In this document: positions 10,701-21,301 of the stretch, in pieces
How positions within the stretch are numbered: position 1 is the first letter of the stretch
Layout of the letters: the number at the start of each line of letters is the position of its first letter
Assembly: GCA_030867685.1 (NCBI GenBank)
Contig: JAQOWU010000008.1
Location: 3,968,001 to 4,032,000, forward strand
DNA length: 64,000 nt
Direction: 5' to 3'
Source: Wickerhamiella versatilis
Taxonomy: Eukaryota
Translations under genes and position numbers: made by a program
Notes under the pieces: generated by a model
What the model saw: only the letters and a program-made list of their open reading frames with translations
What the model was told of the DNA's origin: nothing
Database searches by the model: none

Positions 10701-10753
10701 GTCATGATCTATTAGTCCCTTGTCATGATCTACAGGTCCCCGGTCATTATCTA
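10701..10753. repeat. Three direct copies of GTCATGATCTA/GTCATTATCTA with 21-bp period
   Basis: Copies start at 10701, 10722 and 10743. Both spacers contain GTCCC. Located 41-93 bp upstream of the 10660 ATG. Confidence 0.85.
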
Positions 10754-10811
10754 GACATCAATAAGAAGCCTATCACTATTTACAATGCTGAAATATTCTT
10801 TGAAATTACCA

Positions 10812-12878
10812 TTAAGACGATATTGCTGTATTACCACGCTTGTCTCGAATTTCATCAGCGTCAACAATAGTGTTTGTGCATTGACTATCCCGAGATAATC
10901 TCTCCCCCCGGACAACACGCTCAATGTCCTCCTTATCGAGGGTCTCGTACTCGATAAGACCTTGAGCCAGCCTTTCCAATTCTAGATGTCGATTCTTCAA
11001 CATATCACGAGTACGAGCTTCAGAAGCTAATAGCAAATCCCGAATTTCTGCTTCGGCTAAATGGCGAGTATCTGCAGACCACTCTCCCCATTGTTCAGAC
11101 AAATTAACTGGCCCAATCTTCTGGGACATACCATAAGCAGTTACCATTGCCTTAGCCACGTTAGTTGCAGACCTCAGGTCAGAGGAACAACCACTTGTAA
11201 CATTCTCAGGCCCTCGTATCATTTCCTCGGCTACTTTTCCTCCCATGCAGACGTCTAAAATCGCCAACAGCTCTGAGCGTGTTTGATCATACTTGTCAAG
11301 CTCCGGCAACTGGAAGGTAATTCCTAAAGCAGAGCCACGAGGGAGAATTGTAGCTTTGTAAAGTGGGGTAGCCCCTGGTGTATATAGAGCCATTATAGCA
11401 TGTCCAGCCTCGTGAAATGCGGTATTGAGTCGAGTGTCCTGCGTCATTACCATGGATTTACGCTCCGCACCAAGCAGAATTTTGTCCTTAGCCCATTCAA
11501 AATGTCTCGTAGCTACAGCACGCGCTTTGGTTTGCGACGCATAAACTGCTGCTTGGTTCACCAAATTAGCGAGGTCCGCTCCACTGAAACCTGGTGTTCC
11601 CCTTGCCAGATTCATCACATTGACATGATTGTCAAACTCGACACTACGCATATGGTGTTCCAAAATCGCGGCACGCCCCCTAACATCTGGTAACTCCACA
11701 TTGACGATTTTGTCAAATCTCCCTGGCCGAGTGAGGGCTTTGTCCAGCATTTCGGGAAAATTTGTTGCTGCAATGAAAATCACTCCTGAACTCTGATTGA
11801 AACCATCAAGATCAACTAGAAGTTGATTCAGCGTTTGCTTAGAATAAGCCTGATCTTTGGGGTTTCTCTTGCCACCAATTGCATCCAATTCATCAATGAA
11901 TACAATTGCAGGAGCCTTGGATCTAGCAGCACCAAACAATTCTCTGACACGTTTCGCACCAACACCAACGTATAGCTCATCGAACTCTGATCCACTCATA
12001 AAAAAGAAAGGAACCCCTGCCTCGCCGGCAACCGCTCTTGCGAGTAAGGTTTTACCAGTTCCTGGAGGACCAGTGAGCAAAACACCCTTTGGCAATTTTC
12101 CGCCAAGTCCTGTGAACTTTGATGGATCTTTCAAGAAGTCCACAATCTCTTGAAGCTCATCGCGAGCCTCATCAACACCTAGCACGTCTGAAAAACGGAC
12201 GTTCGACTTTTCACCACGAACAGCCTCTAGCTTTGACTGGCCCAAATCAATCCCGCCTGGTCCTTTGATAATTGAAGCCGAATCCGTGATAAAACTAATA
12301 CCTACGGCAATGACATATGTGGCCAAGGCCATAGGGATTAACCACTTCAACCACTTAAGGATAGTGGATGCAGGCGTTTCCGTCACTAGTACATGTACAG
12401 GATCTGATGAAGTCCCTTTCAGCGAGGAAAAGGCATTACTTGGGGTGAACCCAGCACCTGAATGTTCTCCCGCTAAGCCTGAGGGCACTTTCGCAGCATG
12501 ACCCGTCTGCTTTAGCGCCTCCACGTATAATTCGTCACAGGCAGAATCCCGAGCCACTCCAGGAGACTCATACCGTTTTACTACCACTTGAGGATACTTT
12601 GCTTTCAAAAGCTTGCGGTAAAAATCTGCCTGCGTAGTAGCATCCCCCAGGGCATGGTTGGCTGTTTGTTCATTGGCAGAAAGTTGCCTTGCACCTCTCA
12701 CACCAGTAACTGAACGATTGAGTAGAAAACTGAGGAATGTCCTTCTGGCGGGTATGATCGCCATCCTTGGAACCATCCTTGGAACCATTCCAAGTGGCCG
12801 TACCATCGGACGCCACATTGCCAAACTCTTGCTGAGTAACAAAGGTGGAGACCAATTTGTTAACGCAAGAGTTCGCAT
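10812..12878 (-). CDS. YME1: Mitochondrial i-AAA metalloprotease Yme1 (FtsH family)
   Basis: Walker A GPPGTGKT, FIDELDAIG, SRH ALTRPGRFD, HEAGH zinc motif, a single TM and an Arg-rich presequence. Alternative start ATG 12818. Confidence 0.95.
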   Translation of the reverse strand: MRTLALTNWSPPLLLSKSLAMWRPMVRPLGMVPRMVPRMAIIPARRTFLSFLLNRSVTGVRGARQLSANEQTANHALGDATTQADFYRKLLKAKYPQVVVKRYESPGVARDSACDELYVEALKQTGHAAKVPSGLAGEHSGAGFTPSNAFSSLKGTSSDPVHVLVTETPASTILKWLKWLIPMALATYVIAVGISFITDSASIIKGPGGIDLGQSKLEAVRGEKSNVRFSDVLGVDEARDELQEIVDFLKDPSKFTGLGGKLPKGVLLTGPPGTGKTLLARAVAGEAGVPFFFMSGSEFDELYVGVGAKRVRELFGAARSKAPAIVFIDELDAIGGKRNPKDQAYSKQTLNQLLVDLDGFNQSSGVIFIAATNFPEMLDKALTRPGRFDKIVNVELPDVRGRAAILEHHMRSVEFDNHVNVMNLARGTPGFSGADLANLVNQAAVYASQTKARAVATRHFEWAKDKILLGAERKSMVMTQDTRLNTAFHEAGHAIMALYTPGATPLYKATILPRGSALGITFQLPELDKYDQTRSELLAILDVCMGGKVAEEMIRGPENVTSGCSSDLRSATNVAKAMVTAYGMSQKIGPVNLSEQWGEWSADTRHLAEAEIRDLLLASEARTRDMLKNRHLELERLAQGLIEYETLDKEDIERVVRGERLSRDSQCTNTIVDADEIRDKRGNTAISS

Positions 12879-13191
12879 AAGTTCGTAGTTGAGTTGTTCA
12901 TAGCGATTTATTGTATTTAATTATGGGATTCCCTCGGGCTTTTCGCTATTCTAAGACTCCCCGACCAATCGTACCGTAACTACTAATTACCTTAAATAGC
13001 TTTTTAAGCAATACTAATTTTCTATCGGCAACGCATAACATAACAGTAGGTTAAAAATCTTAAATTCAATATAAATGGCGAGGTTACTAGCTCAGCTAGT
13101 TCCAAATGTCACAGACAGCGCCTAAAGCTCCAAATCATTCTAGCATTTTCGACTGCTGACTGAGTGAGTGGAGAGAGCACCGGTTGTCGCG

Positions 13192-14031
13192 ATGGATGTA
13201 AAGCGTGTCCGCGAGAACATGAAAGAGCTCGAGAAAGCGAGCGGTGTAGAACGGGTACTCGAGGTACTTCATGACTTTGAAGATAATTTGAAGCCAACTG
13301 AAGCTCTTCTACGGGAAACAAAGGTTGGAGTTGCAGTCAACAAGCTGCGATCACATTCCGACAGTCGTGTCTCTGGGATAGTAAAAAAACTTGTTGCGTC
13401 GTGGAGAGAGCAAGTCCAACAGCAGAAACATAAAAAGGTTGCACAGTCACGACCATCCGCACCGCAGCAGAATTATCACCCCCCGCCAAAAAATGGGAAG
13501 CGCGATCACAAGGCAGACGGCATTAATATCCAGATATATGATGATACGACTCGTAATAGCTGTATAGGTGTGGTTTACAATGCTCTTGTTCTTGACAATG
13601 GTGCACCCCCTAAGGCAGTGCTGGATGCCGCGAAGGACGTTGAGGGAGCCGTATACGCTCGTGAAAAGGGCACCACCCCTGGTTATCGCCAGAAAATGCG
13701 CTCGTTGTACATGAATCTCAAAGATCCGAAAAATCCGGGTCTACGTACAAGTGTAATCTTTGGGGAAATAAGTGGTGAAAGGTTGAGATCCATGACTCCC
13801 CAGGAGATGGCGCCATCAGAGCTGAAAAAGGAAATAGAGGCAATCGCAAAGCAAAACCTTTTCAATGCCCGTGGCGCAGTAGAACAACACTCTGTAACTG
13901 ACCGGTTCACTTGTGGTAAATGCAAGCAAAAGCGCGTATCATACTACCAAATGCAGACTCGTTCTGCAGATGAACCACTTACGACTTTCTGCACATGTGA
14001 AAACTGTGGAAATAGGTGGAAATTTAGTTAA
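13192..14031 (+). CDS. DST1: Transcription elongation factor TFIIS
   Basis: LLRETKVGVAVNKLR N-domain and C-terminal zinc ribbon CGKC...QMQTRSADEPLTTFCTCENCGNRWKFS. Start at ATG 13192. Confidence 0.96.
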   Translation: MDVKRVRENMKELEKASGVERVLEVLHDFEDNLKPTEALLRETKVGVAVNKLRSHSDSRVSGIVKKLVASWREQVQQQKHKKVAQSRPSAPQQNYHPPPKNGKRDHKADGINIQIYDDTTRNSCIGVVYNALVLDNGAPPKAVLDAAKDVEGAVYAREKGTTPGYRQKMRSLYMNLKDPKNPGLRTSVIFGEISGERLRSMTPQEMAPSELKKEIEAIAKQNLFNARGAVEQHSVTDRFTCGKCKQKRVSYYQMQTRSADEPLTTFCTCENCGNRWKFS

Positions 14032-14118
14032 TGTAAGATAGGACATAAATATTCAATATATATAGACAAAAACGTACTTGTTGTGGGGTTAGGGTGATCT
14101 AGCTCGGTAGTTTTCTGT

Positions 14119-15555
14119 ATGGCTTCGAGGCTTGTGGTGGGTCTTGAGGTACATGCACAACTCAAATCGGCACATAAGTTGTTTTCACAAACGCCTGTGG
14201 CTTTTCATGCGTCACCTAATAGCCTTGTAGGGTTTTTTGATGCTGCATTGCCTGGCTCTCAGCCAACCCTCAGCTGGGACTGTCTTAAGCTTGCCTTACG
14301 GGCAGGCATAGCTCTAGATTCGAAGATCTCTCCACTTATGTCTTTTGATAGAAAGCATTATATGTATCCTGATCAGCCAGCGGGATATCAGGTCACGCAG
14401 CAATATAAGCCACTAGCTCACAGTGGTTTTCTAGATCTCAACCCGAGGGATTTCCAAAAAAAAAGCCCACAAGCTCCGAGAAGGATTCGCATCAAACAGA
14501 TTCAGCTCGAGCAGGACACAGGTAAAACGGTATATGTTGAAGATACCAGTCTTGTGGACCTGAATCGCGCTAACATGGCTCTTATAGAAATAATAACAGA
14601 GCCGGATTTTACATCCGCCGAAGAGTGCGTTGTTTTTGTACGCAAATTACAATTGCTCCTACGTCGTGTAGGTGTCTCTACCGGTGAAATGGAGACTGGC
14701 GCTATGCGCGTGGATGTCAACGTCAGTGTTGGGTCAGGTCCTCGATGTGAGATTAAAAATTTGTTCAGTACTTCTGCGGTGCATCGTGCAATCATCGCCG
14801 AGTATAAGCGGCAATTGGCTGATATGAAAGCTGGCAAGACGATCGAGCAAGAAACCCGGGGTTGGGATGGGTCCCACACCTGGAAACTGAGAGGCAAGGA
14901 ATCAAAGCTCGACTATAGATATATGCCAGACCCGGAGCTACCCGCTATAGCGCTTCCACAGGCTCTCGTGGATAATACTCGCAGTCACATGCCTGCAACT
15001 CCTGAATCCATATTTAACAAATTATTGAAGGCAAATGTATCTCTTGTGGATTCTCGAACGCTACTCTACCACCCTGATATGCGGCTCGTGAATTTCTATT
15101 TCGAGGCACTTTCTGAATTTAAGGCTAAAAAAGGTGTCAATTCCGAACTAGTGGCGAAATGGCTGGTCCACAGGTGGCCAAGTGAGCTTGGTCCTCCTTC
15201 ATTGCATCATTTTGTTGATCTTCTTTTGCAAATTGATGGTGAAAAGATCACAACTACATCGGCGAAACTAGTACTGAAGCATCTGGCTAGTCTGGCTGAA
15301 GAGGGAATTGAACCTGAGCCTATCAGTAAAATAATTACAGAATTCAATCTGGAAAAATCCGATCAGCCAACCCAAGGACTTGAGCATATATGTCGCGAGG
15401 TTGTTGCTTCAAATACTGACGTTGTGGAAAGAATTAAAAACGGAAAAAAGGGATCTCTCTCGTTTTTACTGGGACAAGTAATGAAGGAAACACAGGGAAC
15501 CTACAAGCCAGCAGCTGTCCGAGAGATGCTGGAAAAGCACATAGGCTCGACGTAA
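14119..15555 (+). CDS. PET112: Mitochondrial Glu-tRNA(Gln) amidotransferase subunit B (GatB)
   Basis: VGLEVHAQL, FDRKHYMYPDQPAGYQVTQ, QLEQDTGK, MRVDVNVSV, EIKNL and DYRYMPDPELP. Confidence 0.95.
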   Translation: MASRLVVGLEVHAQLKSAHKLFSQTPVAFHASPNSLVGFFDAALPGSQPTLSWDCLKLALRAGIALDSKISPLMSFDRKHYMYPDQPAGYQVTQQYKPLAHSGFLDLNPRDFQKKSPQAPRRIRIKQIQLEQDTGKTVYVEDTSLVDLNRANMALIEIITEPDFTSAEECVVFVRKLQLLLRRVGVSTGEMETGAMRVDVNVSVGSGPRCEIKNLFSTSAVHRAIIAEYKRQLADMKAGKTIEQETRGWDGSHTWKLRGKESKLDYRYMPDPELPAIALPQALVDNTRSHMPATPESIFNKLLKANVSLVDSRTLLYHPDMRLVNFYFEALSEFKAKKGVNSELVAKWLVHRWPSELGPPSLHHFVDLLLQIDGEKITTTSAKLVLKHLASLAEEGIEPEPISKIITEFNLEKSDQPTQGLEHICREVVASNTDVVERIKNGKKGSLSFLLGQVMKETQGTYKPAAVREMLEKHIGST

Positions 15556-15615
15556 TGCATATATTAATTGTAGAAATATCGAATGTGACTAAGTGTCGCG
15601 TCTTGCATATATTAC

Positions 15616-17070
15616 ATGGACGGTAAATGTCCAATTTGTGGCCAAACTGCCTCTGAGGCTATTGTAAATGAGCATCTTGATAGAGGATGTCCCTCAAAGG
15701 CCAAAAAGCCTCGGACCGAGCGGCAAAGTACATTCTCTTCTGACACACGCCAGTTGAAATCATCTCCACCAAAAGAAAAGCCCAGCCCGAATACAGGCAC
15801 AGAGCAAGCTACTAAACAGCCGGTGCGAGATCAAGAGCCTGCAAAAACGCCAGCTCCGAACATGGCTCCAATGGCCGAGCGGGCTCGTCCACGAACTTTG
15901 GATGATTATGTCGGGCAAAAGCATCTTGTTGGCCCCGAAGGCGTACTGAGGCAGCTAGTACTGAGCGATCGCGTGCCTTCAATGGTTTTATGGGGTCCAT
16001 CTGGTGTGGGAAAGACCAGCTTCGCACGCGTTCTTGCAGCCACCACCAAATCGAAATTTCGCGAACTGAGTGCTACCTCAGCCGGTTCTTTGGACGTAAA
16101 AAAAGTCATTGAGGACGCTCGTAATGAATTTCGCCTTCTACGTAGACGTACTATACTATTTCTGGACGAAATTCATCGATTCAATCGAGCTCAACAGGAC
16201 AGCTTGCTACCTGCTGTGGAACGAGGTGACATTACTTTAATTGGTGCTACAACGGAAAATCCCAGTTTCAAGCTTACTAGTGCTCTTCTCTCGCGATGTC
16301 GTGTATTTGTATTGCATCCGTTAGATGAAGAGGAGGTCGGCAAGGTGGTGAGAAGGGCTCTCAAAATGGAGGGCAAAGAACTGTCGCCAGAAATTGTCAA
16401 GCATATTGTTGCTTATTCTAAAGGCGACGGTCGAGTGGCGTTGAACATGCTCGAGCTCACACTTAATCTACCACCACCACTGACCTTAGACCATGTCCGT
16501 GAGGCTCTGAGACACGCCGCGGTTTATGATCAACGCGGAGATATGCATTATGATCTGATTTCTGCATTCCATAAGTCCGTGCGTGGTTCTGATGCAAATG
16601 CAGCACTATACTATGTGGCTCGGATGATGCAGGGCGGCGAAGATCCTTTGTACCTTGCGCGGCGCATGGTAAGAATTGCCAGTGAAGATGTGGGCCTAGC
16701 TGACGATTCCTGCTTGCCATTTGCCGTAGCGGCCCATACTGCTGTGCAACAGATTGGCATGCCTGAGGCTGACGCTATTCTTGCTCATTGTGCTGTAAAG
16801 TTAGCCAGGGCGCCAAAATCAGTTGATGTGTATAAAGCATTAGGAATGCTCAAGACGCAGCTTGACAGTGAGCCTGAAATGTCAGCTGCCGAGGTACCTC
16901 TACATTTACGCAACGCTCCTACTAAACTTATGTCTAACTTGGATTATTCCAAGGGATATAAGTACAATCCTGATTATATAGGGTCCGTAAAGCAAGATTA
17001 CTTGCCACCTGGTTTACCACACACGGAGTGGATGGGGGTCTTCAAACCTAGACTAAGAGACAGTCCGTAG
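15616..17070 (+). CDS. MGS1: Replication-associated AAA+ ATPase Mgs1 (RarA/WRNIP1)
   Basis: N-terminal UBZ finger CPICG...NEHLD, GPSGVGKT, FLDEIHRFN, HYDLISAFHKSVRGSD and VPLHLRNAPTKLM. Confidence 0.95.
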   Translation: MDGKCPICGQTASEAIVNEHLDRGCPSKAKKPRTERQSTFSSDTRQLKSSPPKEKPSPNTGTEQATKQPVRDQEPAKTPAPNMAPMAERARPRTLDDYVGQKHLVGPEGVLRQLVLSDRVPSMVLWGPSGVGKTSFARVLAATTKSKFRELSATSAGSLDVKKVIEDARNEFRLLRRRTILFLDEIHRFNRAQQDSLLPAVERGDITLIGATTENPSFKLTSALLSRCRVFVLHPLDEEEVGKVVRRALKMEGKELSPEIVKHIVAYSKGDGRVALNMLELTLNLPPPLTLDHVREALRHAAVYDQRGDMHYDLISAFHKSVRGSDANAALYYVARMMQGGEDPLYLARRMVRIASEDVGLADDSCLPFAVAAHTAVQQIGMPEADAILAHCAVKLARAPKSVDVYKALGMLKTQLDSEPEMSAAEVPLHLRNAPTKLMSNLDYSKGYKYNPDYIGSVKQDYLPPGLPHTEWMGVFKPRLRDSP

Positions 17071-17106
17071 TAGCAAAAACAAAATTATTTGGTCGTTTCC
17101 TTCCAT

Positions 17107-17472
17107 TCAGTTCTTCGCAAAAAATTTGTTCAGTAATGCTTGGGCTTCATCATACTCAGCTCGCCCACGCTTTATTAACGACTCAGCCCCAGAGTCAGAT
17201 AGCGACGTCAGGTGCTGAATCTCTTCACAGGTACCCTGTACCTTTACCAGGCCAAGTGAAGCTGAAGATCCTTTAAGGAAATGGCCTAATCGGCTGAGCT
17301 TTTGCACATCACCCTCGACCAGCGCGGTGTCCATATCTGCAAATGTGCTTTCTGCTTGCTCGAAGTAATTCTCGACAATGCTCTTCGAGAAATCCCTCTC
17401 GTTCTCATCCTCATCCATTTCAAGCAGCTGGCCGAAGATATTCCAGTCAATAACGTCACTTTGCTCCAACAT
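17107..17472 (-). CDS. YPD1: Histidine phosphotransfer (HPt) protein Ypd1
   Basis: IDWNIFGQLLEMDED, and LSRLGHFLKGSSASLGL carrying the phospho-accepting His. Confidence 0.93.
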   Translation of the reverse strand: MLEQSDVIDWNIFGQLLEMDEDENERDFSKSIVENYFEQAESTFADMDTALVEGDVQKLSRLGHFLKGSSASLGLVKVQGTCEEIQHLTSLSDSGAESLIKRGRAEYDEAQALLNKFFAKN

Positions 17473-17787
17473 CGTAATACTTATCCGGTGTTCTGTGGGT
17501 CAGACTTGGCTGTTAACTTTACTTAAGCAGTACTGTGATGAGGGCAAGGTCGCTTTCGCAATTGGTATCGCAATACAATTGGCCTAGATAAGATGGACCG
17601 GTAATCCAAATAAGAGCTTTAAATAATGTATTATAACTCCAGAGTTGTTTTTTCTCTTAGCAGTCTGAATGACGAACAAACCTTTTCGTCAGGACTTATT
17701 TTGAGCTGATAAATTTGTTCCAAATATATCTTTCTATATGAAATCCGTAAAGTGGCACTAAAATATATAAAATGATTTTATCCGTGA

Positions 17788-18543
17788 CTAGCGGTTGTTT
17801 CTCACACGACCACAGACAACTGAATCTGGCACTGCCTCAGTGGACCACCATTGAACGTCTTCGAGCTCCAGGCGAGCCTCTGTCGTTACTTCAACACCTT
17901 TATATCCCAAAAAAATGGGAGCAATGGTAATAATCACGGCATCTGCTAATCTCTCCTTTAATGCAGAGAGAATAACCTGAGCACCTCCTTCAACCATCAG
18001 GGACCTAATATTATGCTCACAGAGAAGGTTTTTAATAGATGACCATTCAAGATTTTGCGTTGATACTTGAAGAACCTTTCCACCAACAGACTCTATTGCT
18101 TTGATGCGGTCGATGGCATGACCACTTTTAACGTCGGCATTGGCACCTACCAGAACCCAGGGCGCCTTACCAACACCGGCTGCTGCATTCTCGATGAGGG
18201 CGAACTTTCGACCCAAAGGATCCCATTGAAAATTAGTGTCAAGTAAGATCGGCTGGGGAGAGTTAGTTGCTCCGGGATACCGGCAATTGAGTTTTGGATC
18301 ATCTGCTTCAAGTGTACCCCTACCTACCAAAATGGCATCGTGTTTTGACCGCAAGTAATGCGTCATTTTTTTGGAATAGAGTCCAGAGAGTTGCGTTCGC
18401 AGTCCTTTGCCGGCTGAAATGCGTCCATCCAGGCTTTGTGCCCATGTGACAGTAACATGGAGCAACTGGGACCCATTAAGATTTCCCTGGGGAAGATATT
18501 TTGCCACCGCATGCTCGACTTCCGATGTATCCAACACCTCCAT
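17788..18543 (-). CDS. RIB7: 2,5-diamino-6-ribosylamino-4(3H)-pyrimidinone 5'-phosphate reductase (riboflavin synthesis)
   Basis: VTVTWAQSLDGRI, THYLRSKHDAILVGRGT, DDPKLNCR and SLMVEGGAQVI. Start at ATG 18543. Confidence 0.92.
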   Translation of the reverse strand: MEVLDTSEVEHAVAKYLPQGNLNGSQLLHVTVTWAQSLDGRISAGKGLRTQLSGLYSKKMTHYLRSKHDAILVGRGTLEADDPKLNCRYPGATNSPQPILLDTNFQWDPLGRKFALIENAAAGVGKAPWVLVGANADVKSGHAIDRIKAIESVGGKVLQVSTQNLEWSSIKNLLCEHNIRSLMVEGGAQVILSALKERLADAVIITIAPIFLGYKGVEVTTEARLELEDVQWWSTEAVPDSVVCGRVRNNR

Positions 18544-18647
18544 GACCGTAACAGATGTAGACTGAGGTAATCCACGAGTTAAAGTTTGCAATTCAAATAT
18601 TTCGCGAGCGCAGCTCGCCTAAGCCTAACTAAGACTAACTAAAACGG

Positions 18648-19319
18648 CTAATCCTTCCGAAGTGCCATCCTCTCACGACGCATTCCATCTTTTGTGACAA
18701 TGGCAATTTCGAGCGTGTCTCCTACCTGAATCTGACGTTCAGCCACGCCTACAAAAGCATCCTTAACCAGCCGCAACGCGGTATCTAGGTCGAGACTCTT
18801 TGGCTTCAAAGGCTCACCAGTTTTTGGGTCAAGCTGGTTGTGAGCTCCAACCTGATTATCTAGAAATGGCACCAGAAGCGCACTGGCGTTACCTGCTGCG
18901 CGGCTGGCCTCCCTCTCATAAGATCCAATAGGGTCAAACGAGTATACTGCACCAGTTCCGTCGTCAGCAATACCAACAAGTATGGGATTAACATAGTAGG
19001 GAAAGAATCGGTGGCCGTACAAGGTATGCATGATTGACCTGGCACATGCCTTGATATCAAGCTTCTTCTGATGCTTAAAGTGATACCACTTTATTTTTGT
19101 CCTCACATCGTCGACCAATGCCCGTGCATCTGCACTAAATCCATTTGAGGCGAGGAGGAGATTGTCACCCACCTCGAAGAGCTGGCTCTCATCTCTCGAA
19201 TCTATAGAAAACCCAGTGGAGTGCCTAGTATCACCAGCTAGGATAGCGAAGTCTGCTCCAGCGATAGCTAAGGTGCTACCGCCACCGCTATCACCGTAGG
19301 GATTGAAGCGATGCTGCAT
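18648..19319 (-). CDS. PRE7: 20S proteasome subunit beta 6
   Basis: FNPYGD..GSTLAIAGADFAILAGDTR, LYGHRFFPYYV, GAVYSFDPIGSYERE, and C-terminal LRKD. Confidence 0.95.
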   Translation of the reverse strand: MQHRFNPYGDSGGGSTLAIAGADFAILAGDTRHSTGFSIDSRDESQLFEVGDNLLLASNGFSADARALVDDVRTKIKWYHFKHQKKLDIKACARSIMHTLYGHRFFPYYVNPILVGIADDGTGAVYSFDPIGSYEREASRAAGNASALLVPFLDNQVGAHNQLDPKTGEPLKPKSLDLDTALRLVKDAFVGVAERQIQVGDTLEIAIVTKDGMRRERMALRKD

Positions 19320-19333
19320 GAGCTTGATGACAA

Positions 19334-19342
19334 ATTGCCACC
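19334..19342 (-). promoter_or_regulatory. PACE-like (Rpn4-type) element GGTGGCAAT upstream of PRE7
   Basis: One mismatch to the GGTGGCAAA proteasome-gene element, 15-23 bp upstream of the PRE7 ATG. Confidence 0.5.
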
Positions 19343-19466
19343 GCAGAGCTCGCCAAGATAATCTACTGGATAGAAGATATTAATTTCTCTACCTTTAATT
19401 TTTTTGCATGTCCGATCTCTAATGATGCTCCATATATTTTCGAAAAAAATATAATGTAGGTCCCCT

Positions 19467-20117
19467 TCATACAGGCAGCGTGAAGCTCTGTCCCTGGTAG
19501 ACCTTAGTATAATAGACATAGAAGAAGTCTGAGTACAAAAGTGCCTGAACGATTCCACCAACAATGGAGATCCAGTCACCAGGCTTTGACGTGAAAAGCC
19601 CTCTATAAATCCAATTCAAAAGATAAAACACACGATAAATGCCCAATGCGAAAATATAGTGTGTAGTCATGGATTCGGCTTTTCCTGTGCGCTGTATCAT
19701 AAATAATTGCGGCAAAATGGCCACACTTTCGAGCCAAATACTGAAAGACCACAATAGTTCTGTTACGTTGAACCGAAGATGGAATATGAGGGCCATCAGT
19801 GCTGAAGATCCGATGAGGTACTGGACCTTGAATGTGTCTACAGTGGCTGGAGAGCGAGTAGGTCTAAACTTGGACGTCATAAGCCATATAGCATAGCCTT
19901 GAGATCCCAAGTATAGCACCTTAAACAATAAGTTGTAGAGGCTCGCCCAAGGGCGCACAAACAAATCCACGTAACGTGTAATGTAGACCAGCATGTACAA
20001 AAGCTGGGTCTTGAGAGAGAGACCCGCTACAGACCGAGACGTGTGTATTTTGTGCAGAAGGAGATAAATACTCGCTACATGTACGAGGTCACCACCCACG
20101 CGGAACGGATTGTACAT
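19467..20117 (-). CDS. ERD2: HDEL/KDEL receptor Erd2
   Basis: NPFRVGGDLVH, GLSLKTQ, TRYVDLF, FSIWLESVAILPQLFMIQRTG and YSDFFYVYY. ATG at 20117; no intron needed. Confidence 0.96.
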   Translation of the reverse strand: MYNPFRVGGDLVHVASIYLLLHKIHTSRSVAGLSLKTQLLYMLVYITRYVDLFVRPWASLYNLLFKVLYLGSQGYAIWLMTSKFRPTRSPATVDTFKVQYLIGSSALMALIFHLRFNVTELLWSFSIWLESVAILPQLFMIQRTGKAESMTTHYIFALGIYRVFYLLNWIYRGLFTSKPGDWISIVGGIVQALLYSDFFYVYYTKVYQGQSFTLPV

Positions 20118-20187
20118 CACTTGAGGTGGCAGCTGACAAACAAGCTCAGCTCAGGTGATGCCGAATTAAGTGCAATGATTTCTTTCT

Positions 20188-20575
20188 CTAGTCCGACCAT
20201 TCGGAATCTTTTTTTCGCTTAGCTTCCCGCAATAGACGAATTTCTTCAATTTCCATCAAATGTTCTTCATGCTCAGCCAATTTGGCATGCTCGCGATTCA
20301 TTCTTCGTTTTTCTCGATCAACCCATGCACGATATTCGCCCTTAGGATCAATTCCATCAGTATCGTCTAAATTTGAAGGAATTTCTGGGGTATTCGTTGG
20401 CCTCACTGCCCTCTGAAATAGAAGTAAAGTGTCATGCTTCCTTGAGGGGTTCTCCCACTCTAGGTTCCCTTCCTGCTTTCGAGCTCGAACAAATCTAGGC
20501 TTTTTATTCTGTTTGCTTCTCCCTGTATCAGAATTGCTAGAGCTATCAGAGTCAGAATTGGTCTCCAGGTCCGAC

Positions 20576-20607
<32 letters not shown>

Positions 20608-20895
20608 CGATGCGGCAGGCAAAGCTGTCTCCTCCGGGTGAATTTCTTCTTTAGCTAAAGGTTCGGGCTGATCTTCGCGTATATTTACCACTGGGGAAGT
20701 TCCAGTATCTGCAGAATATGTATCTTGTTCCTCTTTTAGCTCATTCGCAGCTATAGTCGTGACCTCCACAGAATGCGACTCATCGCCACCTTCCACATTT
20801 ACAGAATTCACCTCATCAGAATCTGAGGACGAAGACGAAGATGAAGACAAATCTGGATCTGATTCTAAATGAGGCCGGGCAAAATGGCGACGCAT
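20188..20895 (-). CDS. SPP381: Splicing factor MFAP1/Spp381-like protein
   Basis: Ser/acidic low-complexity N-terminal half followed by DDTDGIDPKGEYRAWVDREKRR, an MFAP1-type signature. Confidence 0.7.
20573..20611. repeat. (GAT)10 microsatellite encoding poly-Ser on the minus strand
   Basis: Ten perfect GAT units at 20576-20605, flanked by GAC/GAT. Confidence 0.95.
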
Positions 20896-20957
20896 ACCAT
20901 TTACAACCTAATAAATAGAGCGGGTTTTGTAAGCTGGAAATAGCCGAGATCGTAACG

Positions 20958-21287
20958 ATGTCACAACAGCTTCAGAAAGAGTATGACAACTATAAGACGG
21001 CGCTTCAGCAGCTTTCGCTCAAGGTCAGCGAGCTCGAAAGTGAATCTGATGAGCATCGCATCGTTCTCGAATCCTTGAAACCGCTGGACGGTGACAGAAG
21101 GTGCATGCGGATGATCGGTTCTGTTCTTGTCGACCAAACAGTGAAGGATGTCATACCAGTATTGCAGCAAACTCGCGAAGGCTTGAATAAGGCTATAGTA
21201 ACTCTGAGGGGAGATGCTGCCAAAACTCAGAAAGAGCTCGATGCGTGGAAGGAGAAAAATCATGTCAAAGTAGTCCAGGATTCCTAG
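20958..21287 (+). CDS. GIM4: Prefoldin subunit 2
   Basis: Coiled coil-hairpin-coiled coil with EHRIVLESL...RRCMRMIGSVLVDQTVKDVIPVL. Confidence 0.9.
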   Translation: MSQQLQKEYDNYKTALQQLSLKVSELESESDEHRIVLESLKPLDGDRRCMRMIGSVLVDQTVKDVIPVLQQTREGLNKAIVTLRGDAAKTQKELDAWKEKNHVKVVQDS

Positions 21288-21301
21288 TTCTAAGGTTATT
21301 T

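Noticed and set aside
10701-10753. Repeat-spacer pattern as a CRISPR-like array
   Set aside because: Repeats of 11 bp with related 10-bp spacers, in a eukaryotic context with no cas genes.
13075-13125. 16-codon upstream ORF before DST1
   Set aside because: Its ATG overlaps a TATA-like ATATAAA, so it is probably upstream of the transcription start. No other support.
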